DNA of 64,000 nucleotides, taken from the IMG/VR virus record IMGVR_UViG_3300037991_006036, positions 58,294 through 122,293 of that record, one strand, 5' to 3'. Shown one piece after another: positions 39,497-48,671 of this stretch (its first letter is position 1; each line of letters starts with the position of its first letter). Both the position numbers and the translations under genes were made by a program. The notes under the pieces were generated by a model. It saw only the letters and a list, made by a program, of their open reading frames with translations, was not told where the DNA came from and did no database searches. This stretch comes from a virus (lineage: Duplodnaviria; Caudoviricetes).

Positions 39497-40561
39497 TTAC
39501 AAAATTATGTAGTTAACACCAACGCTAAAGTTGTGCCAACTACGATTCCAGTACTTGTTATATTTGCCTTCTAAAAATACTCCAAGGCTCTTATTAAACT
39601 TGTAACCGAAAATCAATCCTCCAGAATAATCAATCCACTGTCCACCATGAAAATTGTGATAAGAATACTCACTTTTAGTTTTCAAATGCACTGGCATTAT
39701 ATTACCCCAAGAATGTAACCAAAAGTTTTTAGTGTAGTGATAAAAGTCAAATCCTATTACCATCGAATAATTCCATTGTGGCGGTAGAGCACTTCTTTCG
39801 CTATCAGTGTAATCAGCTAACACTTCCGGAATTACAACTGCTTCCCACACTTGAGTATTTTCAGCTACTAGATCGCCAGCTGGATTGTAATAAGTAGTGC
39901 CGCCATTTCCATCAAACTCAATTGTATATCCTTCTTGTAATGCAAGTTGTGTGTAATGTAAATTGCCATTTGGTAACATCCAATCTTCTAATGGATTGTA
40001 TCCATATGGTTCAGATATACGTTGTACTGCTCCAATATTAAATGATAATTTTTCTCCAATTTTTTGTCTAAATCTTTCAGACGCTTCAAAGTATTGAATG
40101 TCTGCAAATCCGTCTTGTAAATACTCTACTTTAGCTATCCATCGCTTAGCTACATACCTCAAAAAATGATCTTGATTAAAAAATGAGATGCCTTGCTGTC
40201 TTGTCCAATCTGCTTCAAATAAGAATTCAAATCCATTTATCTTACCTATTGTAGCAGCATCACCATATGACTTTTCTGTTCCATCATAAAACACATTAGC
40301 TCTATTTTCATATCCAAATCTTGCAATCTTTCTTACACCAACTGCAACTGAATAATCAAAAGGTGTAGCTATAGTTTCTTTTGTTAAACCATTACTAACT
40401 GAATATACATCTACATCTGAAACAGAGTTACCTCCAGTTACTGCACCATAAAAAGTTGAATATTTGAATAACTTTTTAAGACCTGTCTTAAATTTAGATG
40501 GTTCTTTTTGACTAAAAAGAAGTGTAGGTATTAGTAAAAATATTAGTAACAGTCTTTTCAT
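39497..40561 (-). CDS. Exported protein, probable outer-membrane beta-barrel
   Basis: Signal peptide; aromatic-rich alternating strands; C-terminal FSVGVNYIIL. Confidence 0.6.
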   Translation of the reverse strand: MKRLLLIFLLIPTLLFSQKEPSKFKTGLKKLFKYSTFYGAVTGGNSVSDVDVYSVSNGLTKETIATPFDYSVAVGVRKIARFGYENRANVFYDGTEKSYGDAATIGKINGFEFLFEADWTRQQGISFFNQDHFLRYVAKRWIAKVEYLQDGFADIQYFEASERFRQKIGEKLSFNIGAVQRISEPYGYNPLEDWMLPNGNLHYTQLALQEGYTIEFDGNGGTTYYNPAGDLVAENTQVWEAVVIPEVLADYTDSERSALPPQWNYSMVIGFDFYHYTKNFWLHSWGNIMPVHLKTKSEYSYHNFHGGQWIDYSGGLIFGYKFNKSLGVFLEGKYNKYWNRSWHNFSVGVNYIIL

Positions 40562-43284
40562 TGTTTTATAATTCTTTTAGTAAATCTTTTCTCTTCGTGA
40601 ATCAAAGTTAAAAGATATACACCGGTTTCATAAACACCTAACTCTAAACGCTTATCATTACCAGTTAATATCAATTTGCCCATCATATCTCTTAACTCAT
40701 ATTCAAAAGTTAAGTGCGTTTCTATGTTTAATGTATTGTCTGTTGGGTTAGGGTAAATAATAAATCCATTCAAGTCTGCTTCATCAACACCTACTGGCCA
40801 ACCTTGCTGACAGTAATCATACATTGCTTGGCATGATGCATCCCAATTATCTGTACAACAGTAAGTATCAACATCTATCACCCAAGCATAACATCCGTCG
40901 TTTAGCCAATAAGGTACTCCAGGTCCACCATAACATCCTGCATCGTATAAGCATGCTGATGAATCTGGTACGTTTGCTGTTGGATCATAGTTGTAAGCGT
41001 TCGGGTCTGTACAGCCTGGAATTGGTAGTATACATGTTCCATTATCTGTATTAGCCATTGGATCATAGTTCAATGCTGTAGAATCGGTACAACCAAATAT
41101 GAAAGGAATACAAGAGCCGTTGTCTGTATTTGCGTTTGGATCGTAGTTAAACATTGTAGGATCCATACAACCATAAATGTAAGGAACACAAGATCCATCA
41201 TCTACGTTAGCATTAGGGTCATAATTAAACATGGTAGGATCTGTACAGCCATATATTGGATAAATACAACTACCATTATCTACATTAGCGTTAGGGTCAT
41301 AGTTTAGTGCTAAAGAATCCGTACAACCGAAGTATATACAAGACCCATCATCAATGTTTGCAAATGGATTATAGTTCCATGAAAGCGAATCCATACATCC
41401 TACAATAATAGGAATACAAGAACCATCATCCACATTTGCAGCTGGGTCATAGTTAAATGCTAGAGGATTAGTACAACCGTATACTGGATAAATACAAGTA
41501 TCGATTGTGTTCGCTAGTGGATTGTAGTTAATTGCATTAGTGTCTAAACATCCATAAATTTTTGGTATACAATAATTACCACAGTCTACTATTTCAGTAT
41601 ATTTGTAAGGGAATTGTAGTAAGGCATTAGTCCATGGATTAGTTCCTTCTTCTACTATTACTTGTCCATCAGGACCAGTTAATCTAAAGCCACATTGATT
41701 AGCAGTCTGTACAGATTGACCTGGTGCAAAGAACATAATTTGTACTGGATGTAGAGCGCTTAACGTGATGGTAAAATCTTCTTCAGCTCCATCATTAGGT
41801 CCCATCATATAAGGTCCATAAGCTGTTCCATCTTGATATAATCCTAACCAAGCTCCAAACCATCCATCCTCAGCTCCATCAGTTAGCGTTAAAGTATAAT
41901 CACAACTTGGAACAATGCTCATTGTATTAGCATTAGGGTCATAGTTAAATGCATTTGTATCTATACATCCTAAAACAACTGGTGTTGCACAACTTCCGTC
42001 ATCAACGGTAGCTAATGGATTGTATTCTGTATATCCTGGATCCATACAACCTGATATCACTTGAGGTACGCATGGTTGTACTAAATATGTTACTAAAGTG
42101 TCTGTGCCAAAGTTTGAGTTTCCTAAATTAGGATTAATGTCAAATATAGTGTTACCACAAAGATCTTCAACTAAAACTGAACCGTCCTGTCCTCCATAAC
42201 AAGTTCCGCAAAGACCATCACCAAAAGAATCTAATAACTCAAACTCAATCACAATGTTATCTGGAACGCATACTTGAGTTACAGTTGGTACATTAGGGGA
42301 TGTATACTGTGGTGATGTAGCAAAAATAGTTCCAGTAGTATCTGCTACTGTCCATGAAGTTTCTCCAGGATAAGTGTCAGGTATTACGGTTACTATTAAA
42401 TTAGTTTCACCTGGAGCACATATAGATGTAGAATAAATACAAGAGCCGTCATCAGAGTTAGCCCATGGATTATAGTTGACAGCATTCGGATCCATACATC
42501 CACCAAAGCAATCACCAGTTGTAGCAACTAATGTATCAGTATATGTGCCATCGACTAGTTGAGCTTGAAAGTAGTATGTAGTATTTGGTTGTTGATTGTT
42601 CCACACTAGACCAGTGTTTCCAAAGTTTGCAGGATAAGGGTACCATGTGTTTCCTAGGTTATTTATATTGCTTACTTTTGTGTATGCAGCAATTCTACAA
42701 TTAGGATTAGGCATATTTGACCAATGGTAGTGTAACTTGTTATTGTTCCCATCACAGTAAGTTTCTACCCAGAAAGTGTCTAATCCTGCGCAAGGTGGAT
42801 ACACACATAATGAGTCTACATTCCACGAAGCATTAGGGTCAAAGTTTACAGATAATGGATCTAAACATCCTCCATAAGGTGGGGCACATGGAGCAATTGT
42901 AAGTGATTGTATAAATTGCGAACCATAGTTACCTTCAGCATAGGCTAAAGTGTCTACACAAGTATTGCTTAGTAAAACAGATCCTATATAGTTCCAACTT
43001 AAACCGTCACCATAAGAATCATTTACTGTTAATGTGTAAGCACCAGATACAAGGGAATCGATTAATATAGTCGTATCTGATAATCCGTTGTAATAAGGAC
43101 CACCGCTTGCTACAACGTTGGAACCTTTTTCTAATGTCCAAGTAACTTCTGATGCATAGCCGTCAAAATCGAAGTCTAACTGAGCCCATGTGTCAGGAGC
43201 TGGTGGTTGTGCAAATGATACAATTGGCAATAAGATTGCCAACAAAAACATACTAAAACTCTTCTTCGGAAACTTTTTCATCAT
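40558..43284 (-). CDS. Secreted Cys-repeat protein with T9SS type-A C-terminal sorting domain
   Basis: Signal peptide ..IVSFAQ; about 11 GC(T/M/L/I)DxxxxNY(D/N)PxAxxxxGxC repeats; C-terminal IYPNPT..GVYLL..KRIIKQ. Start moved to MMKKF. Confidence 0.8.
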   Translation of the reverse strand: MMKKFPKKSFSMFLLAILLPIVSFAQPPAPDTWAQLDFDFDGYASEVTWTLEKGSNVVASGGPYYNGLSDTTILIDSLVSGAYTLTVNDSYGDGLSWNYIGSVLLSNTCVDTLAYAEGNYGSQFIQSLTIAPCAPPYGGCLDPLSVNFDPNASWNVDSLCVYPPCAGLDTFWVETYCDGNNNKLHYHWSNMPNPNCRIAAYTKVSNINNLGNTWYPYPANFGNTGLVWNNQQPNTTYYFQAQLVDGTYTDTLVATTGDCFGGCMDPNAVNYNPWANSDDGSCIYSTSICAPGETNLIVTVIPDTYPGETSWTVADTTGTIFATSPQYTSPNVPTVTQVCVPDNIVIEFELLDSFGDGLCGTCYGGQDGSVLVEDLCGNTIFDINPNLGNSNFGTDTLVTYLVQPCVPQVISGCMDPGYTEYNPLATVDDGSCATPVVLGCIDTNAFNYDPNANTMSIVPSCDYTLTLTDGAEDGWFGAWLGLYQDGTAYGPYMMGPNDGAEEDFTITLSALHPVQIMFFAPGQSVQTANQCGFRLTGPDGQVIVEEGTNPWTNALLQFPYKYTEIVDCGNYCIPKIYGCLDTNAINYNPLANTIDTCIYPVYGCTNPLAFNYDPAANVDDGSCIPIIVGCMDSLSWNYNPFANIDDGSCIYFGCTDSLALNYDPNANVDNGSCIYPIYGCTDPTMFNYDPNANVDDGSCVPYIYGCMDPTMFNYDPNANTDNGSCIPFIFGCTDSTALNYDPMANTDNGTCILPIPGCTDPNAYNYDPTANVPDSSACLYDAGCYGGPGVPYWLNDGCYAWVIDVDTYCCTDNWDASCQAMYDYCQQGWPVGVDEADLNGFIIYPNPTDNTLNIETHLTFEYELRDMMGKLILTGNDKRLELGVYETGVYLLTLIHEEKRFTKRIIKQ

Positions 43285-43594
43285 CCTTGCTGTTACTGTT
43301 TTTACTGCTAAGTACCTTGCCAATTTCAGCGATACCAAAACTGCCTAACGTCACTATTAAAAACGAATTATAAATAAACTCTGATATGACCAAGTGATTA
43401 CCTGCCACACCAGTTACAATATCAGTGATAGCAAATATTGCCATCATACCAAATGACAAAAAACCGACAATTGTCTTCTCATTAATGCCATTATCATCCT
43501 TAAAAATATCTCTAAAAGCCATAAATTTTCTATTTAAGAACATCGTAATTCTTGAAACCTTTATAGCGTTATATAACCTTTTAAAGATGCTCAT
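43253..43594 (-). CDS. Two-TM membrane protein
   Basis: INEKTIVGFLSF..LGSFGI; first gene after the late motif at 43601-43608. Confidence 0.65.
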   Translation of the reverse strand: MSIFKRLYNAIKVSRITMFLNRKFMAFRDIFKDDNGINEKTIVGFLSFGMMAIFAITDIVTGVAGNHLVISEFIYNSFLIVTLGSFGIAEIGKVLSSKNSNSKDDEKVSEEEF

Positions 43595-43615
43595 GTTAAT
43601 AATAAATAGCTCTTA

Positions 43616-43645
43616 AAAACAGAAAATGCCGGAAAGGCCGGCATT
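43616..43645 (-). terminator. Intrinsic terminator
   Basis: AATGCCGG-CCTTT-CCGGCATT followed by TTCTGTTTTT on the minus strand. Confidence 0.8.
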
Positions 43646-43667
43646 AACTTTATAGGTTTAAAATCTT

Positions 43668-44744
43668 TTATAAAACAAACTCCTCAATACCAAACGCGTT
43701 TTTAATATCACGAACATCTCGTACAAAATCTCTTCGTTTTTCTTCGGATAATTGCTTAGAAATGTGCAATACTAAAGCGGTACTTGTTCTAAATTTATTG
43801 TCGATTTTTTTGTCAAATCCATTCATTTGAGCCACTTCACAAATTGTGTCAAAAACGCCAGAATCTAGCGGATTTTTAGTGATTTCTTCCGCCATTTTGA
43901 AGTATTCATCATCGTATAAAGAACGCAACATTGTCTTCATTTTTTCGTCACTTGCATCCGGAAATTCTTGCTTAACTTTAGCGAAAAATTCCTCAAAATT
44001 ACTCGATTCATCCGCTAAAATTTGCAATTCTGAAAACGCTCCTTCCTCCAATTTTACATCGTATCTACCGAGGTTTTCTTTGAGATCATCCTTACGCATA
44101 TACCCTTGAACAACCGTGCGAGGATTAGCCATATCCTTCATTTTATCGAGAAATTTCAATCTTTCGCCTAACACGTTTTGCATCAGTTGTAATGTCTCAG
44201 AATCGAATTCATCATTAACATATTCAACGAATTCTTTAGCTGTGAATTTAGGTGCAGCTGCTTCATTAAGTGTAACACCTAATCTTTGTAAATTTCTAAT
44301 ATCATTTAGATCTAATGTAACTTCTTGTTTTCCTTCGTGATTGACATAAACACCTTTCTTATGATCAGATACTATTTTATCTTTTACAAAGGTTCCTTTA
44401 TATAGCTTATCTTCATGTACCCCCCACGAATTATAATTTACATCCTTTTCTAATGTAAACTCCATTGGAAAGTCTGAAACTGATTCATTAACCGATTCTT
44501 GGAGATTGCTAGTTACTTCTGATGGTAACTCATTCCACTCCTTTTCAAAATGCAATTCAGCTTCATCTGGATCTTTTACGACTGTTAGTAACATACCAAT
44601 TCGTTGATCATCATTTGCCTTATCCCAAGCTGCTTTATCAACTTTTTCGTTAATTGATTTGTGAGCTCTTACTTCTTGGATAACAATGCTTTGAAGTTTT
44701 GATACTTCTTCGTTCACGATATTTTGGATTTCTTTCTTTTTCAT
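43668..44744 (-). CDS. Acidic modular protein with multiple [LIV]-x-E linkers
   Basis: INE/LQE/VNE/LNE/LKE motifs spaced through the protein; last gene of the leader array. Confidence 0.75.
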   Translation of the reverse strand: MKKKEIQNIVNEEVSKLQSIVIQEVRAHKSINEKVDKAAWDKANDDQRIGMLLTVVKDPDEAELHFEKEWNELPSEVTSNLQESVNESVSDFPMEFTLEKDVNYNSWGVHEDKLYKGTFVKDKIVSDHKKGVYVNHEGKQEVTLDLNDIRNLQRLGVTLNEAAAPKFTAKEFVEYVNDEFDSETLQLMQNVLGERLKFLDKMKDMANPRTVVQGYMRKDDLKENLGRYDVKLEEGAFSELQILADESSNFEEFFAKVKQEFPDASDEKMKTMLRSLYDDEYFKMAEEITKNPLDSGVFDTICEVAQMNGFDKKIDNKFRTSTALVLHISKQLSEEKRRDFVRDVRDIKNAFGIEEFVL

Positions 44745-44746
44745 AT

Positions 44747-45112
44747 TTATGAGAATTCATCAAATAAGTCTACTACTTTTTCCTCTTCTGCTTTGCTTAG
44801 AGGTCCATCATCAAACATGCCTGATATGTCATAATCACTTTCACCTTTAAGAGTAAGCTCACCTTCGTGAGATTTGCCTGCTGCATCCACATAGATGAAT
44901 TCTATCCTGGTACCCATAGCATATTTATCTTCAGCCATCTCTACTGCGTCAGCATAAATATCATTATCTAATTCCGTAGGTTTAGGAAACTGCATATCAG
45001 TACTTCCGTTATCCATACGTGAGATTAAAATTGTGTTTGGTTGAGCTATTGCTTCATTGAGACCAGCGATCTCCATCAGCCTTTTTCTTGTAAAATATTT
45101 ATTCATTTTCAT
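44747..45112 (-). CDS. Class-A leader protein
   Basis: MKMNKYFTRKRLMEIAGLNE plus acidic body. Confidence 0.8.
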   Translation of the reverse strand: MKMNKYFTRKRLMEIAGLNEAIAQPNTILISRMDNGSTDMQFPKPTELDNDIYADAVEMAEDKYAMGTRIEFIYVDAAGKSHEGELTLKGESDYDISGMFDDGPLSKAEEEKVVDLFDEFS

Positions 45113-45117
45113 TGAAT

Positions 45118-45447
45118 TTATAGTTGTATTGCTTCAGTAGCTTTTTTTAATGACATTGCGTTTATCGATGGGTCTTTCTTTTTCATATAAGCAATCAATT
45201 GTTCAAACCATTCTACCTCATACTCATCGTTAGATGCCCAATCTCCAGACTCTAAACTTGCTATAACGTCAGCCGGTTTTGCTGGTTCTTCTCTCATTGA
45301 TTCATCAGCTGTTTGTTCATCAAAGTTATCTGGATTAATATCTAGTAAATTTTCAATTACACCATATCCTGCATCTTGATCTGCTACTTCGTTGATTGGC
45401 AATCCTGCCATCTCCATTAGTCTTTTTTTTGTAAAATATTTACTCAT
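45118..45447 (-). CDS. Class-A leader protein
   Basis: MSKYFTKKRLMEMAGLPINE plus acidic body. Confidence 0.8.
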   Translation of the reverse strand: MSKYFTKKRLMEMAGLPINEVADQDAGYGVIENLLDINPDNFDEQTADESMREEPAKPADVIASLESGDWASNDEYEVEWFEQLIAYMKKKDPSINAMSLKKATEAIQL

Positions 45448-45734
45448 TTTTCTAGTATTGCTATTAATCGTTTATGGCCCTCTTCAGCACCAGTTTTATC
45501 TCCTCGTTTCAAAGCGTCGATAACATCACTCAAAGCTGAAGCTTCAGTGTGATAGTTAACATCAGTTGCGCTGTCTTCTACTTTTTCAAGTTCAGCAACG
45601 TCAGCAGTCTGTACATCAATATTCTTCATATACTCTATCATGCCATCGTAATCAAAATTACTAGCCCATCTTTGGCCAGGCTGAAAAGTCTCCTTGAGAC
45701 CCGCTAATTGTTTAAATCTACTTTTACTTATCAT
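45444..45734 (-). CDS. Class-A leader protein
   Basis: MISKSRFKQLAGLKE plus acidic body. Confidence 0.8.
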   Translation of the reverse strand: MISKSRFKQLAGLKETFQPGQRWASNFDYDGMIEYMKNIDVQTADVAELEKVEDSATDVNYHTEASALSDVIDALKRGDKTGAEEGHKRLIAILEK

Positions 45735-45982
45735 AGGTAATCTCTTAAACCGTATTCGGATTGTTGCATTGGATTAGCTTTAAAGAAAGTCTTTAACTCC
45801 TCACGAGCTTGATCCATCTTTTCTTCGTAGTCAGGACCATCTAGCTCCTCTGGCATATCTACATCAGTTAACTCAAACGCTGATGACATATCGTCAGCTA
45901 AGAATTCATCAATAGCATCCTCAAGTTGCATATCAGTCATTGACTCGTTAATGTGTTGTGGTATAAGGTCTCTCAGTTTCAT
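45731..45982 (-). CDS. Class-B-like leader protein, very acidic
   Basis: MKLRDLIPQHINE plus D/E-rich body. Confidence 0.8.
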   Translation of the reverse strand: MKLRDLIPQHINESMTDMQLEDAIDEFLADDMSSAFELTDVDMPEELDGPDYEEKMDQAREELKTFFKANPMQQSEYGLRDYL

Positions 45983-46134
45983 AAGCTATCTTCTTTTTTA
46001 ACGTATATTAGTTTTTCACGAATCTTATCCCAGATCGTGTAATCCAGTTTATCTTTAGGTAATCCGTCCAGATAGCCTTTCAGCCACGTTACGAATTCTT
46101 CTGGAGTAATATCGGTTGTGTTATTTCCTGCCAT
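45979..46134 (-). CDS. 51-aa hypothetical protein (MAGNNTTDITPEEFVTWLKGYLDG...)
   Basis: Manually translated; fills the gap, with an ATGA overlap to the next gene. Confidence 0.65.
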   Translation of the reverse strand: MAGNNTTDITPEEFVTWLKGYLDGLPKDKLDYTIWDKIREKLIYVKKEDSL

Positions 46135-46137
46135 GGT

Positions 46138-46482
46138 TTACTTAGTTATAAAATCATCATATACACCTTGATCAATACCATCCTCTAACCACTGAGCACC
46201 ATTATTACCTAACCATATCTCTAAATCTTCTCGCATTGTTTCCGCAAGTTTTTGCTGCTGTGCTTTATCGTTAGGATCCATTATAATGTTAGCATCCATC
46301 TCTTCAGCAGATGTTAGAAAATACTCAACAGCTCTTTCAAACATCACTGTCATTTCAACATCACCTCCTGCTGCAGAAGGAATAACTTTAGCATTAGACT
46401 CCTTTAGATTCTCTTGTTTAGGTTCAACAAAAGGATTGTTGATAGCGGCTAACTCTTGAAGCCTTTTCTTAGTTGTTTTCAT
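46138..46482 (-). CDS. Class-A leader protein
   Basis: MKTTKKRLQELAAINN..NLKE. Confidence 0.8.
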   Translation of the reverse strand: MKTTKKRLQELAAINNPFVEPKQENLKESNAKVIPSAAGGDVEMTVMFERAVEYFLTSAEEMDANIIMDPNDKAQQQKLAETMREDLEIWLGNNGAQWLEDGIDQGVYDDFITK

Positions 46483-47042
46483 TATTCTTCGTTTTCCGTT
46501 TCTTTTTCTCCTTCGAGTGATTCAATAGCATCTCTTACAAGAGAAGTAAAGAATCCATGAATAGCATCATTACTATATCCAGCATCAACTTGATCTGCGA
46601 TCATCTTTTCAAGTGCTTGATCTAATAGATTAAAAGCAGCCTTATCAGAGTCTTGTCGCATAGTCATGATTGTACCAGCTTGACGTGATATAAGGTTTTC
46701 CGCTTCTTCCTCAAAACTCTCACTTAGAGCCGTGGCGCGTTCTAACATTAAGCCGCCGTATTTTTCGACCCCTTGAAATTGGTCAGTGGGCACGATATCC
46801 ATAAGACGGAATCCCCCTTGTATCGCTCCTCCAAGCATGTCAAGGACTTCTTGCCTATCGTTTGTCTTTAGTGGCCCGACAGTGAAGTCTTGACCTAATA
46901 CTCTATATACAGCAATATACCCCTTATGCTTCTTGTATTGGTTAGCACTTACGTTATTATTGTAATTGAGTTTAGCATTATCTGCTTTGGGATCTTCTTT
47001 AAGACCCGCCATCTCCATTAATCGTTGTTTGGTTAGTTTCAT
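46482..47042 (-). CDS. Class-A leader protein, two modules
   Basis: MKLTKQRLMEMAGLKE; internal MLE..LSE linker. Confidence 0.8.
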   Translation of the reverse strand: MKLTKQRLMEMAGLKEDPKADNAKLNYNNNVSANQYKKHKGYIAVYRVLGQDFTVGPLKTNDRQEVLDMLGGAIQGGFRLMDIVPTDQFQGVEKYGGLMLERATALSESFEEEAENLISRQAGTIMTMRQDSDKAAFNLLDQALEKMIADQVDAGYSNDAIHGFFTSLVRDAIESLEGEKETENEE

Positions 47043-47044
47043 AG

Positions 47045-47365
47045 TTATAGCAATTTTCCTAATGCACTCATGTCCATAAGTGTTTGGATGTCTTTATATA
47101 TTTTTATCTCGTTCTGTATAGCCATTAGATTTTCCGATTGATTTCTGGGATCACCTTTTACTACTTTAGCTACCTCTTCGAGATCCTTAATTAGACCGGG
47201 AAGGTTATCTGCTAATGCATAGTATCCATCCTCTAAAGACTGAGCTACCATACCAATTTCATCATAATCGATTATGGCTGATAATGGCTCTGGATCATTA
47301 GGATTAGTGAGACCTAATTGTATCTCCTTAATACCCGCTAATTCTTGTAGTCTGCTTTTTTTCAT
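47045..47365 (-). CDS. Class-A leader protein
   Basis: MKKSRLQELAGIKE. Confidence 0.8.
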   Translation of the reverse strand: MKKSRLQELAGIKEIQLGLTNPNDPEPLSAIIDYDEIGMVAQSLEDGYYALADNLPGLIKDLEEVAKVVKGDPRNQSENLMAIQNEIKIYKDIQTLMDMSALGKLL

Positions 47366-47366
47366 A

Positions 47367-47573
47367 TTATCTTATATCATGCTTTTCTAGGACCTCCATA
47401 ACAATAGGAATCATGTTTGCACTTAATAAAGAACCTCCTCTATTATTCTGCTCTATTACTGCATCCATAATCTCCTGCGCTAAGGTTTCTTGAAATTTCC
47501 CTGAGCCCAAGGAGTGAACACTTACGGGTGCTTCCTTAATATTAGCTAATTCTTGTAATCTACTCTTCTTCAT
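47367..47573 (-). CDS. Class-A leader protein (start corrected to 47573)
   Basis: MKKSRLQELANIKE; TAA-T-ATG junction. Confidence 0.8.
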   Translation of the reverse strand: MKKSRLQELANIKEAPVSVHSLGSGKFQETLAQEIMDAVIEQNNRGGSLLSANMIPIVMEVLEKHDIR

Positions 47574-47574
47574 A

Positions 47575-47820
47575 TTACTGTATGTTTCCAGATCCGTCCT
47601 CTGGGATAATTGCATTTAAAAAGTTAAGGACATCACCTTTATCAAACCCCTCTGCATACCACCCGTCTAATAGCTTATCCATAGAGTCGATCATTTTCTT
47701 GTATTGTGCTACATCAGCCATACCCTCCATCCTAGATACTAGTTCTCTGAAGTATGGTGTATTAGTGTTTTGCTGATACTCCTTGATGTTAGCTAACTCC
47801 ATTAATCTACTCTTTTTCAT
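47575..47820 (-). CDS. Class-A leader protein
   Basis: MKKSRLMELANIKE. Confidence 0.8.
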   Translation of the reverse strand: MKKSRLMELANIKEYQQNTNTPYFRELVSRMEGMADVAQYKKMIDSMDKLLDGWYAEGFDKGDVLNFLNAIIPEDGSGNIQ

Positions 47821-47821
47821 A

Positions 47822-48025
47822 TTATCTTACTTTATGTTTTTCCATGATTGCAGCTGCTAAGTCATAGAATAGAGGATAGTCTACTGATCCGCCTGATAAA
47901 GCACCACCTTCTTCCTCGTCTTTCTGAACCAACTCTACTAGCTCATCGGCAATTGTTTTAATCTTGAGGTTATATCCATCGACTTCATTTAACCCTGCTA
48001 ACTCTTGCAATCTGCTCTTTTTCAT
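47822..48025 (-). CDS. Class-A leader protein
   Basis: MKKSRLQELAGLNE; body resembles 47367..47573 (GG[AS]L..EKHxxR). Confidence 0.8.
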   Translation of the reverse strand: MKKSRLQELAGLNEVDGYNLKIKTIADELVELVQKDEEEGGALSGGSVDYPLFYDLAAAIMEKHKVR

Positions 48026-48243
48026 ATAGAGATTTTTTTTGTAATTTTTTTTTGGAAGACCTCCTGGTAGGAGGGTAGTCCCTTTATTATATAAGTAGTC
48101 ACCATTTCTTTAATACATTCAACAATACGAAGTATTGGTGATGTGTCTAAATTTCTATAGCAAAAAAATTGGCATCCAAATGTGTGTGCATTTAATTTTT
48201 GTAATATCGGCCCTAACCTACTGGTTTTCACGGTATTATAACA

Positions 48244-48356
48244 CCCTGATTTACAGGGATTTACGCGGTAAAACAGGGGGATACCCCCTGCGTATACTGC
48301 GGTTTTGACATGGGTATACCCCCCTATTCTCACGCTGAATATATGGGGGGTACCCC
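48244..48356. repeat. Cluster of G/C-rich inverted repeats
   Basis: CCCTG-N5-CAGGG, CAGGGGGATACCCCCTG, GGGTATACCC, GGGGTACCCC. Confidence 0.7.
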
Positions 48357-48368
48357 TATGTGTTTGTC

Positions 48369-48671
48369 CTACCATGTGCTTCTATCTCCTCTCTTACTAG
48401 TGTATACTTTACTCTCATCAAAGGCATTGTTGCTCTTACGGATCATGTTACTAAACCAATTTGTGTACTTGGCTTGGTTCCATGCCTCCCTTACTGTCTG
48501 GGCTGGAGGGAGTAGTAGCTCTGGGTCTACTATACTCCTTCCATTACTATCCACTACTGCAAAGCTGTTATCGTGCCTTCTAATGGTATAAGCTCCCGGG
48601 AACCTCTTCTGTATGAACCTCTTCACCTTTGCAAACTCCCTTGCCTCCGGTGTCATCTTAGCTCTTCCCAT
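48369..48671 (-). CDS. Hypothetical protein
   Basis: 100 aa, coupled to the AAA gene. Confidence 0.7.
   Translation of the reverse strand: MGRAKMTPEAREFAKVKRFIQKRFPGAYTIRRHDNSFAVVDSNGRSIVDPELLLPPAQTVREAWNQAKYTNWFSNMIRKSNNAFDESKVYTSKRGDRSTW

Noticed and set aside
40940-42880. Tandem DNA repeats (ggatc/gggtc-atagtt..)
   Set aside because: Explained by the GCxD..NYDP protein repeats of the T9SS cargo. No reverse transcriptase or TR/VR pair suggesting a DGR.
47045-48025. Regularly spaced ~30-nt repeats resembling a CRISPR array or integron cassettes
   Set aside because: The repeats vary at synonymous positions and encode the leader peptide. The spacing of 200-320 nt equals gene length, and there are no cas or integrase genes or attC-like palindromes.
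48022-48375. 117-aa minus-strand ORF
   Set aside because: It runs through the palindrome cluster, promoter motif and poly-T tract with atypical composition; likely spurious.
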